Positions 24,212-36,148 of a stretch of 64,000 nucleotides of DNA are shown here, piece after piece. Numbering within the stretch: the stretch's first letter is position 1; every line of letters starts with the position of its first letter. Under the pieces are notes generated by a model. It saw only the letters and a list, made by a program, of their open reading frames with translations, did no database searches and was not told where the DNA came from. This DNA comes from Vermamoeba vermiformis (lineage: Eukaryota), in the NCBI GenBank assembly GCA_045837725.1, contig JBEWZL010000081.1, positions 1 through 64,000 on the forward strand, in the 5' to 3' direction. Both the position numbers and the translations under genes were made by a program.

Positions 24212-25339
24212 ATGAAGCAACTCCTTGCTCCTATTCTCGTTATTGCTTCAATTTTGCTGCTACCCAAGCCCAAATCATGAATACGCCAGATCTCGCACTG
24301 ATCAAGCGAATTACTTAAAAACTTATAGCGATTTGCACTTATTTCGTAGGCAGCATAATCGAAATTTTGCTTTTTCCTGTTGCAGCGCAGATCATTATCC
24401 ATACGCTATTGATAATGGTCTCACTTACCTCACCGCCGACGAATCGCAGATTTTTAGTTGTAGATCGTCACTATTCCTCATCTGCGGCATTCCCCATCAC
24501 AAATGGAAAAATGTTGGCTTCTTTACCGAATTAGTATAAGGTGGACGCCACTTGACCTACATCCAGCGATTTTTTCAACTGTCATTTGAGAGAAATCGAT
24601 CAATGCTATATACGTTATCAGCACCGACCACCGGACCACCCCACACAATTGCCAAGCTACCGAAACTATTTGGTGTTTGACGAATACAAATGTTATTTTC
24701 CTTCCACGAGTCAGGGGCGCAAGAAGGGGGTGGGCCCGATCCGAAAGCCTATTCGGAATAGCTCCATTTTCTAATCAACATACTCTCTGGATATCTGCGC
24801 CTGGTGATGGCTCGTCTATTGCATGCTGCCCTTGCTGGCAAGATTTTTGAACGAATTCTTTGTTTTGGGAACCAACAACGGCTCTGTATTCCAACCGAAG
24901 ATTTTTGGTTACTCTAGTTGACGACTACTTGGTGACTGTGGGCTGTGACTTGCAAAGCTTTCGATGCGTCATTCATTCAGCGCTTGTATGTCTAGCGGAT
25001 CCGATCGATGTCACGTGCAACGACTTGACACCTACTAACTGCTCTACTCTTGATATGAGTAGCTTATACACTATCAATGACGGATGCAGGGCCGTATCTG
25101 CTGCAGTGACAGGACTGAGTATGGTCGTTGACAACAAGATGGAGGTCCAATATACCTTCACTAAGGGCAGTCAAAGCACCACTTGCACTGCATCTACTTT
25201 GTGCCCGATGACTACAGTTCCAGTAGCCGTTGCAGCACCAAAAGCGATCGATGCTAACGTGCCTACTACGAGCTCTTCTAGCGTGTTGTCGTTCGCTGTT
25301 TCAACGTTTTCGGTCATGCTTGCATTTTCATTCTTCTAA
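24212..25339 (+). pseudogene. Degenerate paralog of the GPI surface protein at 49475-51048 (intact C-terminus, frameshifted and shortened N-terminal part)
   Basis: Signal-like MKQLLAPILVIASI. C-terminal Cys pattern (CLADPIDVTC...C...YT...C...LC) and VPVA/hydrophobic tail match 49475-51048. Stops and frameshifts between ~24255 and 24860. Confidence 0.6.
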
Positions 25340-25444
25340 ATCCGAACTGATTCATTGGCAATAAACTTCAATTTCTCATCAAATGTTTATGACCGAATTA
25401 GTTTGACATTGCGAATGACACGTGAAAATTCGTTGTAAAAGAAT

Positions 25445-27088
25445 TCATTTTGATTTGTTCTTTATTAAGTTGTTCTTTGGACTCAGTTTTTGTCTTCGTA
25501 AGTTACTGACTTTTGTGACAATGTCCAACAGTTGTTTTTTCACGGCCAATTTGACGATGATATTGTAGTGCGATGCGTCAATCACGGTCGTTTTTTCATC
25601 GTTCAGTAGTGTCCGTGCAATATCAAATTTGTTCATGCGAAGGGCGATGGCGATAGTGTAGCCTGTATAATACTGCGAGTTTGTTCGTTCGTCTGCCAAC
25701 AATAGTTGAATGATCTCAAGTGAGCCTTTGCTAACGGCGATGTCAAATGTCGTAGGATTGACTGTCAGTTTTTTCGCGTTTGTTATCGTTGGATCTTCGA
25801 CTACGCCTGCTGGATCGACTTCTGGGAATTGTAGAATAAGTTTGACCATTTTCACTGAACACTTTGAGACCGCAAGTCGGATCAGCATGTGCCTGTTTTG
25901 GCCGCAGACTTTGACGCGTGGATCTTCGATTAATATCTTTGATATTTTGAGGTTACCAGTGATAACAGCAGTTCGTAGAGGTTCGTTTTGGTTGTAGCAC
26001 GGATCTATTTTTGGATCCGCCAAGAGTACTTTGACCATCTCCAATTGATTCTTATTAATCGCTTTGACTAATATATCGCTTTGCACATTAATATGCTTCA
26101 GCAGGAGTTGAACTATCTTCGTTTGGCCTTTCTCGACATTTTCAGTGAACACCCAATAGAAGAACGAATTGCTCGCGTCAAGGAAATTGTGACGGGCCAA
26201 GTACTTCAATATTTTGTACTGGTTGTACTTGGTCGCTGCGTAAGTCGCGTCTCTTCGGCCTTCAGCGGTGTCGGATAGCTTTTTGAACAGCACTTTGAAT
26301 GCTTTTAAATGTCCGTGCATGATCGCGAGAGGCATCAAGACCGATGCTTTCATGCGGATCTCGGTGTCAAACATGGAAACGTATTCGTCGTTGTAGCTGA
26401 CGTAGATCTCGTCGTTGTCGAGCCAATCCAAGAAGTACTTCAATATGCGGTGCTGGCCCTCGCCTGTCGCTGTCGTCAAGTAGTCATAGTGCACATCCAG
26501 AAACAATTCTTCGATGAGGTACTCCACCACCTTCATATGACCTTTCTCGATAGCCACAGTCATGGCCATATCATAAGTCTGCATTTTAATGTCGATCTCG
26601 TCGGCGTGTTGAGTATGAAGCTCGAGACCGCGAATAGATCCGCAACGTGCCGCGTCAACAAAGGTCGAATCTGACAACTCGGTGCTTGGATCTGAGCGCA
26701 AACTCTGAAATGCGAGATCGTGCCATGCTTTTGATACGTATAACCAATCAATGGCTATATAAGGCATGATATGATTGACGACTATTTCTAGCGGCAGTTC
26801 TCCGAAAATGCCTGGATCCAAGCGAGGAGAAGAGTCAACAACTTTTCTTCTCTTGCGTGACTTTTGCTCTTTAATACTAATTTCGCGCTTGCGTTTAGAC
26901 AGCTATAAATTAAATAGTTAATACTAAGTCAAACAGTTTAACAAGAAACAAAAAAAATCCAAAAGTAAATTTCGAATCTGATCCGATCCTTTAATTAAAC
27001 GAAAGCGTAATGATAATTATAGGCAGTATGAAATTCATATTCAACTATTGTTACTATGTTATAATTGAGCAGCTTAAAGGCTTACCAT
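25445..27088 (-). CDS. F-box-like plus ankyrin-repeat protein with a basic N-terminal NLS; first coding exon is just ATG
   Basis: ATG|GTAAGC at 27088, intron 26903-27085, then LSKRKREISIKEQKSRKRRK; GELPLEIVVNHIMPY...VSKAW; ankyrin repeats such as AIEKGHMKVVEYL, AVITGNLKISKIL, AVSKGSLEIIQLLL. Confidence 0.85.
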
Positions 27089-27719
27089 TGGTGGAAAATT
27101 GATTGACTCGCGGATTTGACACTCCAAGATACTTTTCAGTCTTACGTAAGACTTCTCGTGTTGGCCAATTAGTGGTGCCTTACTGATGGACCTTTGGCGC
27201 ACTAAAAGCAGGAAAGAAAAGTTGAGAAATTCTCGCGTTGTGAATAACGAATCTTTTTGCTGAGTTAGGCACGTGTTATGACGGATATTATAATTGCCAG
27301 GCCTCTAATATATCTCAATATGCGTTCGGAGCAACCTCTTCATTGAAGATTGCGGCGCAGGTGATTAGATCGTAGCTCACGAGAAAATAGCATGAGCCCT
27401 AAAAAACTAATTAAATTAATTAAACTAATACATAATTATTGTATTCGCAAAAATATAACAAAATTTATACGGCCGAACAGAGTTTAATGATTTAATAAAT
27501 TGGGCGGTACTTTGTGAAAATATCTTTCGTTTTTAACGAAATTAAGTTATTAGTTTACTTGAGAATAATCTGAATATACTTACTTTGGCGTATTTATATA
27601 TTTTAATCTTTGGTGGATCATTATTGAACTGGTTGTGGTCTGTATTTAGTAAAGAAAATAAAAATGCATTTTTCTCCTTCGTATTTAGTGCCTCGCAATC
27701 ATAAAATGCACAATAACTC

Positions 27720-30700
27720 ATGGATTTCCAATTGCGCGTCACTTCGGAGCCATTAATCAATTATTTATTGGCCGTGATAGATGGGTTGGTCAGCTTGGAT
27801 CTTAATTCAGGTATTTTTGCAAATAATGCTCGATCAATTAGGCCTAATAAATATTGCTATTGTTCAAATAATTAACAATATTATTAGTCGCTCAGGGACT
27901 GCAACAAAGTCGGATCAACTTCCAAACCCCAAACGGAGTCAGTGCTCTAACTCTCGCGATTAATTCAGATAAAATAGGCGTTCGTACGTATAAAATTATC
28001 AAGTTTTATGGATATTAATTTACTTCTATTCAGCCGTTCTAAAATTGTTGTTGGATGCTGGATTTGAATTAAACGGCACTGTGAACGATGGAAAAGGACA
28101 TACTATAATTATGAAAGCCTTATTAAACGGTGTTTCTTGCGACAAAATTCGATATTTGGTTGAACGTGGCGCGGACATTAAATTCAACTCTCAAGAGGGG
28201 AATGCGCTTCATTTTGCCGTTAAAGGAGGAAATATAGGTACGTATTATATATACATACTAATAGTACCCGGCACCTATATTATGGAGACGTGTTATTTAT
28301 AAAATTCTGTTATTATAGAGGTGCTAGAATTCCTTCTGAACTACGGTGTCGACATCAACGCCAGATCCAGCGGCATATCACCAATAGAGTTGGCAGTGGA
28401 AGAATATAGATTCAGCGTATTAAGGTACTTATTGAAGCAAAAAATACAGCCACCAATCATCAACTCAACGCCGGAACAAAAATTGGTACATCCGCTTCAT
28501 TGCATTGCCATTAGGAGTAAGTAAAGAGGAACGATACAATTATTTGTTAACTATACGATTAATTAATAATGATTTTTTAGAATACATCGCTGCTGGACTC
28601 CACTCCCAGGACTATTTTGAAATGTTGGATCTGCTTTTAGCCGCCAGCGTTGACCTGAATGAAAAAGAAGGAAATTATAGCCCCTTGACTTACGCAATTA
28701 TGGCACGAAAAGGGGACGTCATATTAGCCTTATTAGGTTTGTTAAATTTGAATCTACCTGATGCAACGAAAATTCACTGAACCGTGCATTCACAGAACGA
28801 GGCGCCAAAATCAACGACAGCGTTGATTTGTTTTCAGTGTGCAAAGGAAAATGGATTGAGATGTTGATTAAATTAATCGAACACGGAGCGAACGTTAAGG
28901 CACTTTCCAAAAAAGGAAAAACACTTGTGCACGCCGTACTCGCCAATCCTAATACGAGTTTGTCCGTTTATAACGTAATATACTTCAAATAATATTAGCA
29001 CATTTACTAATAAGGTTATTTTAGGAAAATCGCTTTGAAGAGAAGCTACTTGCTGGCCCGAAAATTGATGCAATGTTAGCGGTACTCGCTAACCATGGCG
29101 CCGATTTCAATCACATTGATGGTAACGCTGATTAGACTACATTTAATAATTACTAAATTTGGTTGTTTAGATGACGGAGTTGTTCCGCTGATGTTGGCCG
29201 AATCGCTCGCTCATTTTCGGGTACAAACATCAAAACTTACTATGACGATGCCATTTTTATTAACTTTATTATTATTTTCATGAACAAAAGTTACTAGAAA
29301 CGTACGGGGCTGATCCGAGCATCAAAATTAACGGCGAAAATTTGCTGCATTTGTTACTCGAAAATCCAAATATCGAAATTTATTCCTGGGCAGCACGACA
29401 ACGTAAGAAGCAACTATTATTCCTTATTTGGTTATGTTTTTAATTGAATTTCACTTCAGTGCGTGGTTCAGTGAACGAGAAAGATCGTGACGGGTTGACG
29501 CCCATACTTCACTGCATTTCAAAGTTTAAGCCCGGCCAACGTTACTATAACGTTAATACCATTGATTTTGTGCTAGTTTTGATTGAAAATGGCGCTGACG
29601 TTGACGCTGTTGATAGTAGCGGCCAATCAGCCATTTATTATGCCGTTAGAAATGAGGCCCCAGAACTGTTAGAATTACTCGTAAGTTGATCAGATTAATT
29701 AATTCGGTAATTCTAATAATTTTACTGATATTTATATCTCTCAGTTGAGTCACGGTGCTTCGATCTTTGTGCGCGATAAAAACGGCAATAATATTTTGCA
29801 CGAAATTGCCATGTTGAAGCGCTTGGCCAAGTATCTATTTCCTAGTATAGTAAATTATGGTAAGCTAGCATATATAATTATGAGTGAACGATACTAATAT
29901 TATTTCAGCCTCACGAGAACAAATATTTGAATTACTTAACGGGAAAAATAAGAAAAACTATTACCCGGAAGATCTGGCCGCGGATAAAGTAAGCTTTAAT
30001 TAATTAAATAGGTAATATTTTAACACAATTTTAGGGCATCGAACATCTGTTTAAGGAAAAGATAATCGCTGCGTCTAAAAGAGGAATCGATATCTTTGAC
30101 TACGAAAAACTTTTTCCGAGTCAAATTGCAAATCTCCGCAACGGATTTCAGTTACGCCAAGCTGAAATTTCGTACGAGTGCATGATGGATTTGCAGCCTG
30201 CCAATTCATTTTTGCACCTGCCACAAGAGGTTGTATTGACCGTTATGAAGTTTGCCAGCGTTGAAACAGTCGTGGCACTGTCATCAACGTGTCGTCAACT
30301 CAAAATATGGGGCGACGATGATGTGCTGTGGCGAGAACTTTTGACACGCGAGTATGACACGTGTCAAAGTGTCAAGTGTCAAAATGTCAAACAAGAATTA
30401 GCGAAGAAGTGGAACACTCAAGTTAATATGCGACATGGTACAGTATTGAAGTGGTTTAAAATCACGTGCTTAATGGACTTTCCTAATTAGGCGATTATTT
30501 TGTTGTTCGCCTTAACCTGGATGAAGATAGTTCCGCGTAGGTTTTAGTCACAATTAAACTAGACTCAACTCTTACATATTTATTTTAGGTCTTGCCACAT
30601 GGATTATGATGCCAAACATAATCTTTTTGCCATCATAACCAACGATAACTTAGCAGTCATGGACACTAAAACTTTGCGAGTACTTTTTGTAAGTTTACTC

Positions 30701-31393
30701 AAAGAGGTTAAAATACAAGTACTAATAGCACTATTTGATTTTCTTTTTAGGAGGTGCCTAGTAACAATACTCATTGGGAGTTGCTACTGCCAAGAGTTCG
30801 AATATTTGCCGAACAAAAGCAAATTATTTGTGCCTTTGGAGAAAAAACAGCAATCATAAATAGCGAAACTGGAGAAAAAGAAGACATCCCTGGATTACCA
30901 CAATGTACGTCGCAATATTATGTATATTAGAGTTTTATGATATTGTAACGAAACATAATTAATTTTATTGTAGTCTTTGATTTTGATAGTGATGGTGAAC
31001 TTGTTGCTTTTGATATTGCTGAAGGAACAATATTGGGGACCAAGAAATGTGGGAGAAGAGAGGAGTAACAGCAAGAGGACTCCCGGGGAGGAGAGAAAGA
31101 GCGCTTGAAGAGATCTCTCCGCCAGAGAAAAAACCGAACCGGTATTATTATTTATAAGCCAACCTACGGAGGTGAGTTGTAACATCAAAGGGGGAAGCTT
31201 CCAATGGCAGCATGAGAATCCTAACAAAAATTTGGATAATAGGAAAGTCCCATGCATGATGATACGTCGGATAGCCTATAAAGATGAATTTATCAGGTGT
31301 ATCCTTCATGATTTGCTGGTGCTTCAAGATGCACCTCTAACATATCTGACAGAAATAAAAATTGCCAAGTGCCACTTAGGGCTTTACATTTAA
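27720..31393 (+). CDS. Ankyrin-repeat protein with an internal F-box and a C-terminal domain (multi-exon; 3' end disrupted or uncertain)
   Basis: Ankyrin motifs GNALHFAVKGG, GLTPILHC, GADVDAVDSSGQSAIYYA; F-box FLHLPQEVVLTVMKFASVETVVALSSTCRQLK...LWREL near 30209. Start and end are approximate, and the frame breaks near 31066. Confidence 0.75.
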
Positions 31394-31522
31394 TCAGAAA
31401 TGTGCAAACAAGATAAAGTTGTTCTATGTTGGAAAACTTACGTGGGTCTGAATTAAGTTGTTCTGCTTTTCCATTTGAGTGAATGATTATGTTGCCTGAA
31501 GAATCATGGAATGGCTTAAATG

Positions 31523-33013
31523 TTAAACGAGTAATTCTAGTATTTTCTTCAATGAATTTTTCATCTTGTCCCACGAGGACTTGCCTGCCACTGTTGCCAT
31601 CCACCCTGATATCTCTTCTTCTTCTCTTGGCATATATAGCAAGTCTTCAATAATGCTGCAACAAAAAAAAGTTATGAGATCAGATCCTGGAAAAAGATGT
31701 TTCAATGGTAGCTTACTAGGCCTCAGTAGGTATATTTTGACTATAGACATCATCAGGTTCATCATATTGACTAACATAAAAGTATAAAAGACTATGTTCA
31801 TTATACTCTGCATTCACATCTAAAACAAACAAGTTAAGTTGTGTCATTTCCTTTTTAGGAAATAAAACGTACCAACACCTCTTTTAATCATGTATTGAAC
31901 GAATGGACCAACGCCCTTGTTGAAATTATCGTAAGCAAGCTTACAATAACAAGCATTCTCATTATCAATCATAGCACCGTGTTCTAAGAATAATTCGAAT
32001 AATTCTCGGTTGTGCAGTTGAGCTGCCTTTTCTAACGGCGATACATTCTATTCATTATTAGCTATAAGACTAGCTCTTTTAATTTTTTTTTTTACGTACT
32101 TGTACTGCATCCATTCTTTTATTTATGTCAAACGAGAAGTATTCAGGGAAGATCTTCCGGCAATGCATTACAGCGCGAAACAGGGTAATATTATCGATAG
32201 GTGCATTCTAAATAATATTAGCAAATTAATCATTAAGAGAATATTCAAACGTACGACAGATCTTACCCGACGCTGATGTTCTCGACCACTCGTTGCATCG
32301 AGCACAATATTAGCAATTATATCGTCTAAGTGCACGCTACATTTTCGTAAGACAAATTCAAACGTTTTTGAGATCTTGCTGAAAGTGACGTTCGATCCCA
32401 ACACGTAACACGGATGGATCGTGAATTTGGCAAGTAAGGGCAATAGATCTGAATCAGTCTCGCTCGCCGACTTAGATATACTATAATGCTGTATATAAAA
32501 CGTTAGAATGAGTGATGATTTAAGCTTTCCTTACATTCCAAATGCTCTCCAAAGCCAAATCTGCATCGTATTGAAAAATAGCAGGCAGAACCATGGGTGC
32601 TAAGTAATGTAATGTATGATTCTTGAAATATCGACTGTACTGCTCTAATACGAAGTTGATTGCCTCGGCGTCATTTTGTTTTGCTGCCATCTAGTATTAA
32701 AAAGAAAAATTAATTAAATAGTGCCAAATAAATGATCTATCTTATTTACCTTGGCTTTATAGCTTAAGAATTTGAGAATACGTTCGTCTGCCTTTTTAAG
32801 AAACAGCTCACGACTAATAATTAATTTCTGTTCAACAAAACCGCTATTCACTTACTTGTAATTCTCAGTAATTATGGATACTATTTTAAAATCATTCAAC
32901 ATCGCTGCTATTGTTTTGTTCGTCTGAAGTAACGCGCACAGATCGAACAAATTCCAATGCTGAGCGTATTCGAGAAGGATGTCTGGTATTGCGTCTAATA
33001 GTGCTGAAGCCAT
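31523..33013 (-). CDS. F-box-like plus ankyrin-like protein (multi-exon)
   Basis: First exon MASALLDAIPDILLEYAQHWNLFDLCALLQTNKT; later exon SPLEKAAQLHNRELFELFLEHGAMID; GT-AG introns; stop at 31523. Confidence 0.55.
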
Positions 33014-33941
33014 AATATATTATATATACTATAACTAGTATAAATAAGAGACGACTTCGTCGTAGAAAACGGTCAAATATATGCCACCTTTTCTGAGATC
33101 AATCTCTGAATCTAGTTCCTGCAAATTTTTGTCCCAATATTTTTGCTTATTATAATATTCCATTATATGAGTGTTGTATCTTTCGCACATCTGGTATTTG
33201 TTGGACAAGAAACGGTCAAACAAACTTGTTTTTGATTTTGTCGGACAGCGCGCCAACAACGTTAATTGCGTGCCCTAATTCATAATATTATAATACTTCA
33301 CCTATGGTGGTATATGGTATCTGCCGTGCAGTAATTGCAGTAACCCGGATGAAAAATGCCGACGTAAGTGAATAAGATTGTAACAATACCAATTATATAA
33401 CAATTTAATAGCTGTATACAGCTACATGCACTGTTAAGAAGATAACTTACATTTGGCGGTTGTCTAATAATTTTTTTTTTAATTATTCTTTTTCTTTCTC
33501 GATCCGAAGCCCACAAGCTGATAATCAGTATGCGCTTAGTATATTATTATAAATCGTTTCAGATTTTTTCATAATAAAGCAAATCTTTATGAGTGCTAAT
33601 TTAATATTTCTCTTAGAGTCTTCGTGGTAGGCTTGCGGAAGTGTTTTCATAATTGTTAACTCGTGTAAGTCATTTAATATCGTAGTTTTAGTATTTTCTA
33701 CTTCCGCATCTGTCTTTGGGGCCCCCAAACCAAGATCGCATCCAAAAATTTTATAACGAGGATTCTGTTGCTACTAATTTTAATGAATTATAAAATCTCG
33801 TTACATCTGATAAAATTACGTTTACAAATGGGCAACTCGGCGAAATTATGCCACTTTTACTCGGTGACTTGAGCTTCCGTTCCGGAAAGCTATAAAAGGA
33901 AATTATGTAGTTTCTTTCGTGATGCAAGTACCACAACAAAT

Positions 33942-35872
33942 ATGATCATACAAATAATAATTGGTGCGACTGTAATTGGAGCTATATTCGTATTTAGAAA
34001 GCTCGGTTCGCCTAAATTGGATCAGTCGATCCCCGGAAGAGGGCCTCTTAGCTCTCTATTCAATATTAAATCCTTTAGAAAGGATTTATTAGATGCGATT
34101 AGGCAAAAGAAATCGAAGTGGCTGCGCTGGGCTATCGTTGGACAAGAAGCGCTCATCGCTACACATCCCGACACTGCGAAGGTCCGTATAACTAAGAAAT
34201 AATTAAATTTATTTTTAAAACGCTTAAGTATATATTATTCAATGACCCCGAGCTCTAATTATGATTGCAGTTTGTTCTGTCGAATCCGGAACTTTTCGTG
34301 AAAGTGAAATTTCCTTCATTATCAAAAGAACAAGACGCTCTCTATGACGGGCATATTCTTTCAGCTAATGGCGAGAAGTGGCAGTAAGTTTTAATCTCTT
34401 TTAAAGTTCCGTGAGTAAATCCATTTTTAGTCAACATCGCGCGGCCTTAGGAGCAGCCTTCCATTGGGACGCAGTGAAAGGATTCGCAGAGCCGTTCTAC
34501 AACAAGACGATAGAGCTCATGAAGATATTTGCAGCTGAAGGATCGAAGCCTGTCGATGTTACGGATGTACTTCCGAAATTTACTTTGGATGTGCTCGGTA
34601 CGAACGAAATCATTTCTGACTGATCTAATAGCGATACATGTATACTTACCTTATTTAATAGGCGTCAGTGTATTTAGCTACGATTTCAAAGCTATTTACG
34701 GCAAGGAAAACGAACAGTTTAAGGACTACTACAAAATCATCAATTTTCCATTCAAAATCAGCAACATAATGCGTGCTCTGGTACGTAAATAATTTATAGT
34801 TGCGGAGAATATATATCGACGTTCTATTCAGCTGGCTAAAGTCTTTGGACTTCCGACGATTGGAGATCTGAATGCTGCTTGCGTTAGAATGCACCAGTTC
34901 TGCAAGGATATATTAATAGTACGTACACTTAGTATATTTCCATTACAATTATGACTGATAGTTACATAGGAGAAACAAAACCAACATAAAGAAAAACAAA
35001 GCGACAAGACCTTCGACATTGTCGATATGATGCTCAAGTCTGATGCAGGACTCTCATTGGACGAGGTAAGTGCACGTTTATATTAAATTAAGCATTTGCT
35101 TGGCGATATAAAGATATGATCCGGATTCGTTCTAATTCACTTCCTTTCTAGATGGTCGCCAACGTGTTCATGTTCTTCTTCGCTGGTCACGAGACTACTG
35201 CGTCTGCATTAATATGGCTGCTCTATCATTTGGCAATTTACCCTGAGATCCAACAAAAAGTTCGCGATGAAGTTGAACGCGTCTTGAATGGCAAACCATT
35301 GACTTCAGAAGTGATGCGCGAGTTGACTTATACTTCTCATGTTATTAAGGAGAATATGCGCATTCAGCCACCGGTCACTGAATTCGCTACGCGTGAGTCA
35401 GTACAAGACTCTGAATTTGAAGGCGTATTCATTCCTAAGGGCGTAAGTCTATTCTATCTACTTATAGTAGTTATAGCTAATATTAATAATATGATCTATA
35501 TTTTTAGACTCGAATCGGCATTGGAATTGAAGCAGTGCATCTGAACGAAGAGTTCTGGGACAACCCTGAAGAGTTCAATCCTAATAGATTCGAAAATGCG
35601 CCTAAGCATCCATTCGCATATATGCCATTCTCTTTGAAATCTCGCGCTTGGTAAGCGAAAAAATTCTCCGGATGCGATCGCAGAAACTAACTTTGTTCGC
35701 GAACTGCAGCATTGGTAGTCAGTTCTCATTGCTAGAGCAAACTATGTTCCTCGTTACTGCCGTTCAACATTTCAAATGGACCCTCATTGAGATCAATGCT
35801 GCGGCCAAGAGCATGGTGTTGAACAGACCGACCTTGCTTCGCGTCAAATTTGAGCAGATCAAACAGTTTTAG
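33942..35872 (+). CDS. Cytochrome P450, microsomal type (multi-exon)
   Basis: N-terminal anchor; I-helix FFFAGHETTASAL; ExxR (ENMR); FNPNRF; heme motif FSLKSRAC|IG with the Cys codon split by intron 35651-35709. Confidence 0.93.
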
Positions 35873-36148
35873 ATTATTCGATATTCATTTAATGTACATA
35901 AATGGTCTTCAGCGTCACCACAAACGATATTTGCCGATCTCCAAAATTGTTTCTTGAACAATTTTACTAATGGAGCACCAAACCTCTCCAAATGTACAAA
36001 GAAGTTAAAAATATGCATATTGCCAGAATTGAATGGTCGTAAAAATTCAAGTTCTTGCCGTAATAATAAAACGGCTGATTTCGTATGAATTTTGATACGT
36101 TTTGGTTTTAACTTCTCTGTGCAAAAAAATCTAATAATTATTCTCATC

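Noticed and set aside
33035..33940. Short minus-strand ORFs between the F-box-like gene and the P450
   Set aside because: No recognisable domain or consistent splice model.
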